This document shows, piece by piece, positions 40,003 through 50,600 of a stretch of 64,000 nucleotides of DNA. Under the pieces are notes generated by a model that was given only the letters and a program-made list of their open reading frames with translations, was not told the DNA's origin and ran no database searches. The translations under genes and the position numbers were made by a program. The DNA lies in NCBI GenBank assembly GCA_021852345.1, contig JAJZNL010000020.1:3144-67143 (forward strand), written 5' to 3'. The DNA is from Actinomycetes bacterium. GTDB taxonomy: Bacteria; Actinomycetota; Acidimicrobiia; Acidimicrobiales; JABEUL01. The first letter of the stretch is position 1, and each line of letters starts with the position of its first letter.

Positions 40003-41499
40003 ATGCCATACGACTATCGCCGCCAGGCTCCGGTAAACAGACCGAGATTAAAGTACCCGCGAAAAATTAGACGTCGACGACGTATTATTGGCACGCTGAC
40101 AATTATTGTCATTCTTGCGGTTTTAATTGGATATTCGGTTACTCTAATCAAATCCCCTACCAAAAATGTCGTGGCTACCACAACTACGAGCGTTCCTAAA
40201 CCCTCTACGACGGCTACGGACACGTCAACAGGGGCAGAAACATGGAGGGTGGTGTGGGGAGCGCCGATGGCATGGGGGAATAATATTGTTACAAACGCAA
40301 GTTTGAGAGAAATAATCAAATCGCCGACAGCTGGCAGTGCGTTGGAGATTCAAATTTCAAATTTATTTGGAACCGCCCCTTTGAATCTTGAAGATCTAAA
40401 TATCGCTGAGGTTTCAAGCGGCGCAAACTTAATTCAATCCACCATGTCACCCTTGACTTTTTCAGGTTCGACTTCGGTTTCGGTTCCAGTCGGGCAGCAG
40501 TTGCTGTCAGATCCAATACAAATGAATGTAAGCGAAGGTGAAACTCTGGCGGTTAGTTTTTACGTCCTAGGATCGGATCTGGTGACGATACATCCGTGTT
40601 GTACCGTCGGTAAAAATTCATTTTTTACGCCGAACGGCAGACCGAATGTCGCAAATTCAGTCAGCGGAGCGGCGTTTGGTTACTCTTCGCCCTACCCTCG
40701 TTTTGTGGATGCCATGTTTTTAGAACAGGGTTCGGCTCAAGCTTCATCTGCGGGTTCGATAGTAATTATAGGGGATTCGATAACCGACGGCTATAATTCA
40801 GCCACAAGATGGCCGGATTTTTTGCAGGATCGAATCGATAAACTTCCAGTTAATCAGCAACGAGCGGTGGTTAATGAAGGAATTACGGCAAACGCTCTTT
40901 TAAGTTCACCGCCATTGCCCAGAGATGATTCAAAAGACGGTGGAGGTCCGTCGGGACTATCCAGGCTAAATATGGACGCATTATCGTTTCCAGGGGTCGG
41001 GACGGTTGTATTGTTTCTGGGAACTAATGACCTGTGGTTCGGTGCAACTGCAACTCAATTGATACAGGGTATGCAACAGTTTATAAGTGAAGTTAAAGCG
41101 GCCGGCATACAGGTGATAGGCGTTACCTTGTTACCACGAATGACTTCGATGAAAGAAATTTGGACTCCTTTACAGCAGTCGTATTTGGAACAAGTTAACA
41201 ATTGGATATTGACCAGCGGTTCGTTTAACGGAGTTATCAACTTGACCTCTGTGATTTCTGATACCTACAATGGTCAGTGTAGCCCTACGACTATTTTCCC
41301 TCCGTACAATTCGGGGGATAATTTGCACCCTTCACCGGCAGGAGATTTAGCCATGGCAGATGCAGTACCCGGCAACTTGTTCGGATTTCCCAACCTCCCA
41401 TTATTAAATCCAATGGTTCCAGTAACGCCAACTCCAGGTTGCCTTGGAGTTACGGGCATACCTTCTTCGGCCCAACTGCAACAACAGTTGGGTAATTAG
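40003..41499 (+). CDS. signal-anchored SGNH/GDSL hydrolase with N-terminal beta-sandwich-like domain
   Basis: Arg-rich N-terminus, TM helix and Thr-rich linker. Block I IIGDSITDG, block III GTND and block V GDNLHPS. Confidence 0.8.
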   Translation: MPYDYRRQAPVNRPRLKYPRKIRRRRRIIGTLTIIVILAVLIGYSVTLIKSPTKNVVATTTTSVPKPSTTATDTSTGAETWRVVWGAPMAWGNNIVTNASLREIIKSPTAGSALEIQISNLFGTAPLNLEDLNIAEVSSGANLIQSTMSPLTFSGSTSVSVPVGQQLLSDPIQMNVSEGETLAVSFYVLGSDLVTIHPCCTVGKNSFFTPNGRPNVANSVSGAAFGYSSPYPRFVDAMFLEQGSAQASSAGSIVIIGDSITDGYNSATRWPDFLQDRIDKLPVNQQRAVVNEGITANALLSSPPLPRDDSKDGGGPSGLSRLNMDALSFPGVGTVVLFLGTNDLWFGATATQLIQGMQQFISEVKAAGIQVIGVTLLPRMTSMKEIWTPLQQSYLEQVNNWILTSGSFNGVINLTSVISDTYNGQCSPTTIFPPYNSGDNLHPSPAGDLAMADAVPGNLFGFPNLPLLNPMVPVTPTPGCLGVTGIPSSAQLQQQLGN

Positions 41500-41531
41500 A
41501 ACTTAAGTTGAACTTATTTTACAACTTTGGC

Positions 41532-42275
41532 TCAAATATCTAATTGAAATTTTATAAAGTTTTCTTTGGTCTTAGCGACTAAAGTCCCAAGGTTACTAAA
41601 GCCAAGTTTTTCATAGAACCTAACTGCGTCCGATTCGGCGGGTGTGACAAGTTCAATCCGGGATATGTTTTGGCTTTCACATTGATCTTTAAGCATTTGA
41701 ATCATGGTAGTGGCAATTCCCAAGCGACGATATTCTTTGTCCGTAAAAATGTGGGTCAGCTCGGCAATTCTTAACGGTTCGTGTTTGTTTGGATCATCGG
41801 CCATATCGACTGGAGAGTCGGATTTGGAATTCGAAGATATCTTCATTATTATTGATTTCAGTGAACTTTTGATTGATCTTAGTGCCATTTTAGAAATTCC
41901 TTGAAGATAGTAAATTCCTCGAGTTCGTAGTAGCTCTAGTAGAAAAGTCGGCTTTGATAACGAAGCTTTTGTCGCCGCAAACGATAGAGACCAAATGTGA
42001 TGCCTAAAAATGTATCTGTAGTGATTTGACGGATCCAGGGCTACTAACATTGCCCCGGCAACTATTATTTGGGAAGGATCTGAATTTAAATCCTCTTCGC
42101 TTTCCATTGCCACGATATTATAGCTATAAGGCGAATCTATCCACGCCTTATAGTAAATGTTTAAAAACTCTGATCCAAATCCAGTTAAAAATTCGTCGTC
42201 CATTGCGACTTTATGTTGTTTTGCCGTTTGTACTATATAGGCGTCTTCAATTGTTTTGAATACGATTGGTTTCAT
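41532..42275 (-). CDS. GNAT-family N-acetyltransferase with extended N-terminal region
   Basis: C-terminal acetyl-CoA motif ...KEYRRLGIATTMIQ... followed by ...AVRFYEKLGF. Confidence 0.75.
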   Translation of the reverse strand: MKPIVFKTIEDAYIVQTAKQHKVAMDDEFLTGFGSEFLNIYYKAWIDSPYSYNIVAMESEEDLNSDPSQIIVAGAMLVALDPSNHYRYIFRHHIWSLSFAATKASLSKPTFLLELLRTRGIYYLQGISKMALRSIKSSLKSIIMKISSNSKSDSPVDMADDPNKHEPLRIAELTHIFTDKEYRRLGIATTMIQMLKDQCESQNISRIELVTPAESDAVRFYEKLGFSNLGTLVAKTKENFIKFQLDI

Positions 42276-42628
42276 AGATGGATTTTAGGTTATAAATGAG
42301 GTGAAATTTGTAGTTTTTAAGTTTTTCACACTGTCCGTCAAATTAGTGGAAAACAGATACTGCTGAAGGTCATAAACAGTTTCGAAATCAGATTTATAAT
42401 TTAGATTATAAAAAACGTTTGCGTTAGTCCTCATTTAAGTTATATTGCGGTATTGACAAATCGTCGTGCGATGGCATTGGGCTAAGTTATTGCAAAGCCA
42501 TTTTAAATTAATTAAGAGATAAAAGCGAATATTCTACGATCTCGAATATATAGTTACTTTGAATAAGCTATTTATTACTAATCGGTTAAATGTGACTTTC
42601 GAAGTTTTTGTGAGTCTGCAGGCACAAA

Positions 42629-42666
42629 CTTTTAAGATCTTTTAAGAACTTTTAAGAAAACTTTTA
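42629..42666 (+). repeat. CTTTTAAGA direct repeats x3 plus a partial copy, 10-12 bp period
   Basis: Read directly: CTTTTAAGAT CTTTTAAGAA CTTTTAAGAAAA CTTTTA. Lies 60-100 bp upstream of the GTG start at 42728. Confidence 0.85.
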
Positions 42667-42727
42667 TTTTATGAAATAGTCACAGTATGTATCTTGTTGA
42701 ATAGGTAGTAAAGAATTTGTAGAAAGG

Positions 42728-43579
42728 GTGAATAACGTGTCTGATGAAGACCTGTTTGGAGAGCAGTACATCTCCGAAAGTAGCAGTGAAGGCGATGACT
42801 ACGGGGGTCCGCCAATGCCGTCGGTATTTATAGGGCACGGTAACCCTATGTTTGTTCTTGGGCCCAACGAATGGACAAACTCATGGAGTCAATATGCTTT
42901 AACATTTAACAGACCGAAAGCTATTTTGGCTATTTCGGCTCACTGGTTTAAGAAAAGTACGATGGTGACTCTTGCCAATGCAAGCCGTTTAATCTATGAC
43001 TTTTATGGTTTCCCTCAAGAACTTTACGAAGTTGAGTACCTGGTTTCAGGTTCGACTTGGCTTACTAACAAGCTGCTGGCCATGTTGGGAGAATTTGATA
43101 TTTACGGTGCCGAAGAGTGGGGAATAGACCATGGAACTTGGACCGTATTAAAGCACATGTATCCAAACGCTGATATCCCCGTGGTTCAGTTATCGATAAA
43201 TTACACATTGGACATCCACCAGCATCTAAAAATTGGGCAAGTTTTGAAAGAGCTAAGAAAGCAAGGTGTCTTAATACTCGGCAGCGGGAATGTCGTTCAT
43301 AATTTACGGGAGGCTAGATTCGAATTGGGATTTAACGACCCGTATGCATATACCGTAGATTTTGATTTAAAGGTAGACGAGCTGTTAAAGAAGAGGGATT
43401 TGTTCGGGCTTACAGATATTTTGAATTCGAAAGAAGGAAGGTTGTCTGCACCGACGATTGAGCACTACGTACCTTTGTTATATACACTCGGGGCCAGCAA
43501 TGACGATGATGAATTCACAACGATATGCCAGGGGTATGATGCGGGATCGTTGTCCATGCGGGCGATTAGTTTTGGTTGA
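42728..43579 (+). CDS. class III extradiol dioxygenase (LigB family, YgiD-like 4,5-DOPA dioxygenase)
   Basis: FIGHGNPM and AISAHW motifs, then GSGNVVHNL. 283 aa with an acidic N-terminal extension. Confidence 0.8.
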   Translation: MNNVSDEDLFGEQYISESSSEGDDYGGPPMPSVFIGHGNPMFVLGPNEWTNSWSQYALTFNRPKAILAISAHWFKKSTMVTLANASRLIYDFYGFPQELYEVEYLVSGSTWLTNKLLAMLGEFDIYGAEEWGIDHGTWTVLKHMYPNADIPVVQLSINYTLDIHQHLKIGQVLKELRKQGVLILGSGNVVHNLREARFELGFNDPYAYTVDFDLKVDELLKKRDLFGLTDILNSKEGRLSAPTIEHYVPLLYTLGASNDDDEFTTICQGYDAGSLSMRAISFG

Positions 43580-43866
43580 TCGCATTATTGGTTGATGATT
43601 TATCAATTAGTTGGTGACTTGTAAGATTTTTGAAATGTCGCGAACATCTCGATAAAAATTTGAAGACATTTTTTTAAGTTGATTTATAACCTTAAAGCAT
43701 TGATTTAATTTTTATTCAAAACAAATATAAGATATAGATTATGTCAAATTCAGATAAAAGAGTTGTTTTGAATTGGCTTCTTAAAAAGGACTTTATAAGA
43801 TCTGATTTTCTTATGCTAAAGAAAACATCTTAAGATGCAATATCGATTGGAAACTGGAGGGTTAAC

Positions 43867-44979
43867 TTGTTAAAAACCTCTAAACCGCTTGTTGCGGTGG
43901 TGTTAGCTGCGGGGGAAGGTACCCGCATGAAGTCGTCTCTGCCAAAACCGCTTCATAGAATTTGCGGTAGACCGATGATTCTTCACGTGTTGGCTGCTCT
44001 GTCGGAGCTTCCGTTGGATAAAGTCGTTGTTGTGGTTGGCCATGGCTCCGAAGAGGTAACCAAAGTCGTTACCGCCGAAGCTCCTACAGAAATGCCAATA
44101 GAGTTTGTGGAGCAAATTACTCAGCGAGGTACTGGAGATGCGGTGGCAGTTGGTCTTACGGCGATGCCCGAAACCCTTGAGACCGATAACGACGGCGACG
44201 TAATAGTTCTTCCAGGTGACACTCCTCTCATAACTTCTGAAACTATTGAAAAGCTTGTCTCTGAACATTTGCATGGCGATCAGGTGGCAACTTTGTTGAC
44301 GGCCAAAGTTGTTGATCCCTTCGGGTACGGTCGTATATTGAGAGATAAACACTTAGATGTGCTTAGAATAGTAGAACAGGCAGACGCCGACGCAGCTACG
44401 GCGGGAACAAACGAGATATGCACTTCTTTATACGTTTTTAAATATTCGGTTTTAGGTCCTGGGCTCAGACGGCTGGTGCCACAGAACCAACAAAAGGAAT
44501 ATTATCTTACAGACATCGTGGAAGTGCTTGCATCTGCTGGTTATAGATTGGACTCGGTGGTGCTCGATGATCCAAATGAGGCCATGGGGGTCAATGACAA
44601 ATCCCAACTTGCCGCAGCAACTAAAGTTTTAACGGATCGAATAAATACAAAATGGATGAAATCTGGAGTTACGATTCAGGCACCTGAACACTGCCATATA
44701 GACTCCACTGTAGTATTGGGCAAGGAGGTAACATTGCTTGCTAATACTATCCTTAGGGGCGGTACACACATTGGCGACTATGCAATGGTGGGGCCAAATT
44801 GTGAATTGACCGATTGCGTAGTGGGAGAAGGTGCTGTAATTAAAAACACTGTTGCTGAATCTTCGCAGATCTCCGATTTTGCTGTGGTGGGGCCGTTTGC
44901 TCATCTTCTGCCAGGAACTATAATTGACACTAAGGTTGTTACCGGACCTTTCTTTGTGGGGAATGACCCCCAGGAGTGA
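43867..44979 (+). CDS. glmU: GlmU-like UDP-GlcNAc pyrophosphorylase with truncated left-handed beta-helix domain
   Basis: LAAGEGTRMKS...PKPLH nucleotidyltransferase N-terminus and glmU-prs synteny. It is only 370 aa and ends just after the GPFAHLLPG-equivalent of GPFARLRPG. Confidence 0.8.
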   Translation: MLKTSKPLVAVVLAAGEGTRMKSSLPKPLHRICGRPMILHVLAALSELPLDKVVVVVGHGSEEVTKVVTAEAPTEMPIEFVEQITQRGTGDAVAVGLTAMPETLETDNDGDVIVLPGDTPLITSETIEKLVSEHLHGDQVATLLTAKVVDPFGYGRILRDKHLDVLRIVEQADADAATAGTNEICTSLYVFKYSVLGPGLRRLVPQNQQKEYYLTDIVEVLASAGYRLDSVVLDDPNEAMGVNDKSQLAAATKVLTDRINTKWMKSGVTIQAPEHCHIDSTVVLGKEVTLLANTILRGGTHIGDYAMVGPNCELTDCVVGEGAVIKNTVAESSQISDFAVVGPFAHLLPGTIIDTKVVTGPFFVGNDPQE

Positions 44980-45021
44980 TACCGCTTCACTCAAAAAAGG
45001 TAGTTTTTAAGTTTTAGGAGT

Positions 45022-45999
45022 ATGAGTGTGGAATTAGTTCCCAAACGCAGGTTGTTGTTGTTTTCCGGACGAAGTCATCCAAAGCTTGCCAATGACATTG
45101 CAAAATATTTGGGTGTAGAATTGTCAAATGCTAATCTGAGGGAATTTGCCGACGGTGAAGTTCACTGCAAATTTGATGAATCGGTTAGGGGGACGGATGT
45201 CTTTATACTTCAGACACATTCGAAACCGGTGAATGACTCCATCTTGGAGCAGCTAATCATGATAGATGCGGCTAAAAGGGCTTCGGCGAAGCGCATAACG
45301 GCAGTATGTCCTTACTATGGTTATTCCAGACAGGATAGGAAATCTTCGGGGAGAGAGCCCATTACCGCAAAATTGGTAGCCGACATGATAACAAATGCGG
45401 GCGCAGACAGGGTTGTATCCATGGACCTCCATTCCGGTCAGATACAGGGATTCTACGACTTGCCATTTGATCATTTGACTGCGATGCCGGTCCTTATTGA
45501 GTATTTGGAGTCTCAAAATATGAAAGAAATGGTAATTGTGGCTCCCGATGCCGGACGAGTAAAGGTTGCCGAAAGGTTCGGACAGCAACTCGGCTTGGAT
45601 TTGGCATTGGTTCATAAAAGGCGACCAACTGGAACCGCAAATCAAGTGGAAGCGCTACATGTTGTGGGTGATGTCGAAGGTAAAACTTGTGTCTTAATAG
45701 ATGACATGATCGATACCGCAGGAACAATTTGTGCCGCAGCCGAAATTCTAAAAAATCACGGCGCAAACAAAGTAATTGCAATGGCTACGCATGGCTTGCT
45801 TTCGGATCCAGCAGCCGAAAGGCTTGCCAAAGCTCCCATTGAGAAGGTCGTCATAACGGACACCCTTCCGGTTAGGCCAAATATAAATTTGGACAAACTG
45901 GAAGTGCTATCAATTTCCAAGATTATTGCCGACGCAATCGATGCGGTTTTTGAAGATACTTCGGTATCGGAAATTTTTGGCGGGCATAATTTAGCTTAA
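45022..45999 (+). CDS. prs: ribose-phosphate pyrophosphokinase
   Basis: DLHSGQIQGFY and PRPP loop VLIDDMIDTAGT. 325 aa. Confidence 0.95.
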   Translation: MSVELVPKRRLLLFSGRSHPKLANDIAKYLGVELSNANLREFADGEVHCKFDESVRGTDVFILQTHSKPVNDSILEQLIMIDAAKRASAKRITAVCPYYGYSRQDRKSSGREPITAKLVADMITNAGADRVVSMDLHSGQIQGFYDLPFDHLTAMPVLIEYLESQNMKEMVIVAPDAGRVKVAERFGQQLGLDLALVHKRRPTGTANQVEALHVVGDVEGKTCVLIDDMIDTAGTICAAAEILKNHGANKVIAMATHGLLSDPAAERLAKAPIEKVVITDTLPVRPNINLDKLEVLSISKIIADAIDAVFEDTSVSEIFGGHNLA

Positions 46000-46424
46000 T
46001 TCTTTAAGTCTTGGATGTCTGAGCCATAAATCTGATATAAATTTTGTAGAGCCAAACTAAAATTGTCCATTTTGACAGACGGTATCCCATTTTTACTCTA
46101 AAATAGATAATTAGCTGGCAACTTTTATCGGCATAAAGAAGTGCGGTCTTATTTAATATCATAGTTGCGAAAGCATCATAAAGATGTGATTGTACGATGT
46201 ATCCGTCGGAAACTTTGAGTTGAAGATGTTTTCAATTGGACGTAATTTGTATGCGGTGCCTAAGCTTGATCAAAGGCAATGTTTGTAGTCGTTGATAGTA
46301 TGGCCTGAGCTCTTAACGTTGTCGGTCGTGTCACAAGTAGACACTGTCAAATTTAGGGTCTTGCCTAATTTGTTTATATACGTAGATAAGTTTTAATTGT
46401 TGGTTTTAGTTGGAAAGTAAGTAA

Positions 46425-47027
46425 ATGTCACAAGTTGTTTTAAATGTAGAAAAAAATCGAATTACCGGTAGTTCCAATGCCCGAAGGGCAAGAAATTCAG
46501 GCTATATCCCGGGAGTGCTTTACGGAAAGGAAATTCAATCCGAGGCTATATCCATACCCGCTAAGGCGTTAAGAGACGCGATGTCGACTGAAGCCGGCCA
46601 TAACGTATTGTTGGATCTCAGGATTGATGATAAAAGTCACAACGCCATAATTAAAGAAGTCCAAGTGCACAAATTAAAAAGAATTGTAACTCACGTAGAT
46701 ATTATGGTTGTGTCTCAAGACCAAGAGATTACGGCAGTCGTACCATTGAATTTGATCGGTGAGCCACACGAGCTGACCCGAGCTGGCGGTAGGTTAAATC
46801 AAACGCTTCGCGAGGTAACAGTTAAGGCCATTGCCACCAAGATACCTAATACTGTTGAGTACGACATTACACATTTGCAAGTCGGTGAACACGTTAAGGT
46901 TGAAGACATCGTGGGTATAGAGGGTGTTACCATTGAGACCGAACCAGAAGTCATAATTGCAGTGGGTGAGCTGCCGCGTGGAGCTACGGTCACAGCTGAA
47001 AACGAGCAGGCATCCGCAGACCAATAA
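46425..47027 (+). CDS. rplY: 50S ribosomal protein L25 / general stress protein Ctc (long form)
   Basis: 200 aa. N-terminal ...ARRARNSGYIPGVLYG. Lies upstream of pth. Confidence 0.9.
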   Translation: MSQVVLNVEKNRITGSSNARRARNSGYIPGVLYGKEIQSEAISIPAKALRDAMSTEAGHNVLLDLRIDDKSHNAIIKEVQVHKLKRIVTHVDIMVVSQDQEITAVVPLNLIGEPHELTRAGGRLNQTLREVTVKAIATKIPNTVEYDITHLQVGEHVKVEDIVGIEGVTIETEPEVIIAVGELPRGATVTAENEQASADQ

Positions 47028-47028
47028 T

Positions 47029-47607
47029 TTGCCATTTAATATCGATCGGGATTTAATTGCGGTTGTTGGGCTGGGAAATCCCGGTCAGCAATTTGACAAA
47101 ACAAGACACAATGTCGGTTTTGAAGCGATTAAAACGATAGCCGAAAAGTATTCAGCGGATTTCAAATCAGATAAATACCTTCATGCTTTGGTCACTAAAG
47201 TTGACGTCAAACATAAAAGGTTGCTATTGGTCATGCCTCAAACCTTCATGAACGAGTCGGGACGGACCGTTAAGCAAGTAGTTGTCAAGCAAGAAGTTCC
47301 GTTAAATTCGATTGTGGTTATTCATGATGAGCTCGATCTTGAAGTTGGAGCCGTGAAACTTAAATTCGGAGGGGGATTTGCCGGGCACAACGGATTAAAA
47401 TCTATATTTGACCACTGTAAGAGCAATGAGTTTGCCAGAGTTAGAATTGGAATCGGCAGGCCAACTGGCAAGGGTGCAGATTATGTCCTTACGAAGTTTA
47501 AGTCTAGTGAGAAAGAGTTAATTGATACAGCCGTTCAAAGCGCGGCTGATGCCGTACTTGCAATTGTAGAATTCGGATTCTCCTCCGCTCAAAATAGTTT
47601 TAATTAA
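47029..47607 (+). CDS. pth: peptidyl-tRNA hydrolase
   Basis: VVGLGNPG...TRHNVGF motif. The track ORF (46957) overlaps rplY. The TTG at 47029, 2 nt after the rplY stop, gives a typical ~192-aa protein. Confidence 0.9.
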   Translation: MPFNIDRDLIAVVGLGNPGQQFDKTRHNVGFEAIKTIAEKYSADFKSDKYLHALVTKVDVKHKRLLLVMPQTFMNESGRTVKQVVVKQEVPLNSIVVIHDELDLEVGAVKLKFGGGFAGHNGLKSIFDHCKSNEFARVRIGIGRPTGKGADYVLTKFKSSEKELIDTAVQSAADAVLAIVEFGFSSAQNSFN

Positions 47608-47660
47608 GACAAAGGACTCTTTCGGATCATTTTGGAACCGACATTATACCTCTGACGCAA

Positions 47661-50600
47661 ATGTGGATTGATTATGTTATCTCAAGAGCCTTAGATACGC
47701 CGGCAATTATGGGAATTTTGCAGGGCGACGATGAGGTTGCCGTAAACGAAAATGCCTGGGCAATTTTTTTGCTGGAGCTGGCAAAGGTCTTGCCGACCAA
47801 AAAGATAGTTGCAGTCTTGCCAACCGAAAAACTAGCTGATCAGATTTACTATGACTTGGAAATTCTAGCGGGCCGAAGTTGTGAGACTTCCGAGTTAGTT
47901 CCATGGGAGACACTCCCATTTGAGCGGATCTCGCCTTCGGCTTCGGTCATGGGTAAAAGGCTTAAAGCGCTTGAGATGGCACTGAGCGGCAAATCCAACG
48001 ACAAGCCAAAAATTGTAGTCTCTTCTTTAAAGGCGGTAAGTCAAAAACTACCAGGAGACATAAAAGATGCTAGGCAACTTACAATAAAACTCGGGGATCA
48101 AATGGATCCGCAGCAAGTAATACATTATTTAGTTGACAGCGGGTATACCCGTGTTGTCCAGGTTGAGGCTCATGGTGAGTTTGCAGTTAAAGGCGGAATT
48201 TTAGATATTTTTGTTCCCAACTACGAGATGGGAGTTCGACTGGACTTTTATGGGGATCAAGTAGAATCCGTGCGGCTGTTTGATATCGACGATCAACGTT
48301 CAAAACAGGATGTCGGACAAATTGAAATTGTTGGTTGTCGCGAATTTAAAATTACCGATGCTGTAAAAGCTAAGGCTTTGGAATTAAAAGCGGTTTACCC
48401 TAAACTTTTCGAAACTTTAGATAGGATAATCGACGGCCAGTACTTTTCTGGTTTCGAATCTTGGCTTCCGATTCTTTGTCAAGAACGCGTGCTTTTTGAT
48501 CTGTTGGGTGAAGACAGCGTTGTTTTATATTTCGATTATGAAGGTTGCAAAAATCGGTCGAATCTAATGATTGAAGAAGAAAAAGATATTATCGAATCTC
48601 TTGGCGAAACGTGGGATTTGACTATGGATGCCCCACTTAGCCTAAGGGCAGTATTTGAGAGATTAAATTTAAAGTGTAAATCCAGGATTATAAAAATTTA
48701 TCCATTTGCCCCAAATCATATTATTGAGTCCTTTGACGCAAGACCCATAAACTTTAGTGAATCTATATTTGAAGCTATTTATGATCAAATTAGAAATTTG
48801 CTTGACAAAAATTTTAAAGTTGGAATATTCGCCACCTCAGAATTTTCCAGAGATAAAATTACCGCTAATTTGAATGCTCAAAATGCAAAGGCTGTATCAG
48901 TTCACGAAGTCAGTGATTTCGGAGATGATATATCGGTAGTCGCAGCCAACCTGGAAAAAAGTGTCATAATAGATTCCCAAAAACTGGCATTGATTTCGGA
49001 ATTTGAGATTACCAAAAAAAGAACAATTCACAGACCAGTCAGACATAGGAAGAAGATCAGCACCGGATTTTTTGACGAAATGGCTGTTGGCTCCTATGTA
49101 GTTCATGAAATTCACGGGATAGCCAGATTTGCCGGAATGGTCAAGAGGTCCATCGACGATGTACAACGCGATTATCTACTTTTGGAATACAAGGGGAACG
49201 ATCGGCTCTATCTACCGGTTGAAATGATGGACTATATTACACCTTACTCGGGTGGAGAATCGCCTCCGCTATCGAAACTAGGTGGAGCCGATTGGGCAAA
49301 AACCACCGGTAAAGTACGAGCTGAAATTGCCAAGGTGGCAGTTGAATTGGTTGAACTGTATAAGGCTCGTAGTGTCGCGACTGGGATTGCGTTTTCTGTA
49401 AGTGATGCACTTTTGGAAGAGTTCGTAGCTAACACATTTTCTTATGTTGAAACCGCAGACCAAAAACGAGCCATTGAAGAAGTTTTTACTGATATGGAAA
49501 CTTCCAAACCAATGGATAGGTTAATTTGCGGCGATGTAGGATTCGGAAAAACTGAAGTAGCAATAAGGGCAATATTTAAGGCATTAAACGATTCAAAACA
49601 GGTTGCATTCTTGGCACCTACAACTATTTTGGCGAATCAGCATTACAAAACTCTGTTAGACCGATTTAAGTCGTATCCCTTTAGAGTAGAGTTGCTGTCA
49701 AGATTTTTGACACCCAAGGAGTCTGAATCCGTAATTAAAGATATTAAATCGGGCACAGTTGATGTTGTCGTGGGAACTCATAAGTTGTTGTCCGAAAAGA
49801 TTAATTTTAAAGATCTGGGTTTGTTGGTCGTGGATGAAGAACAGAAGTTCGGGGTAAGTCACAAAGAAAAACTAAAAAAATTACAAGTTGGAGTCGATGT
49901 TTTGACCTTGTCTGCGTCACCGATTCCCAGGACACTTGAAATGTCGTTGACCGGTATAAAAGAGATGTCTTTAATCACTACACCGCCAGTTGCAAGGCAG
50001 CCGATCTTAACATTCGTCGGAAGTTACGATCAAAGGGCGGTGTCCGAAGCCATACGACGAGAACTTTTAAGAGAGGGTCAGGTGTTTTATGTATTTAACA
50101 GGGTACGTGGTATACAAAACAAGGTTTTGGAGTTACAAGAGCTGGTACCGCAGGCAAAAATAGGTTTTGCCCATGGTCAAATGGATGAAAATCAGTTGGA
50201 GCAAACTATTCTGGATTTTATCGACAACAAGTTTGACGTATTGGTTTGTACGACAATAATTGAATCGGGTATCGACATGCCTAACGTCAATACCTTAATC
50301 GTGGAACGAGCCGATCTTTTAGGGTTGGGACAGATGCATCAATTACGGGGGAGGGTAGGTCGCTCAAATCGCAAGGCATATGCATATCTGTTTTATCCGC
50401 AGAATCGAAAGCTTGGGGATACGGCATATGAACGTCTTAAGTCTATAAGTGAGCAAACCGATCTGGGAGCTGGGTTTAGGCTGGCAATGCGAGACCTAGA
50501 GATTAGAGGAGCGGGAACTTTGCTTGGAAATTCTCAGAGCGGACATATTGCCGCCGTCGGCTACGATCTCTACGTTCAAATGGTCTCAGATGCCATCAAA

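Noticed and set aside
39822-40070. Spacer ORFs that abut real gene starts: 39822-40070, 37620-37943, 56064-56330 and 4814-5014.
   Set aside because: They are AT-rich with low-complexity, Cys/Phe/Ile-heavy translations. They overlap the starts of well-supported genes and have no SD or motif.
46957-47028. N-terminal extension of the pth ORF that overlaps the rplY 3' end.
   Set aside because: It has no Pth similarity and lies within the rplY coding sequence. The TTG at 47029 yields a canonical-length Pth that begins just before the GLGNPG motif.
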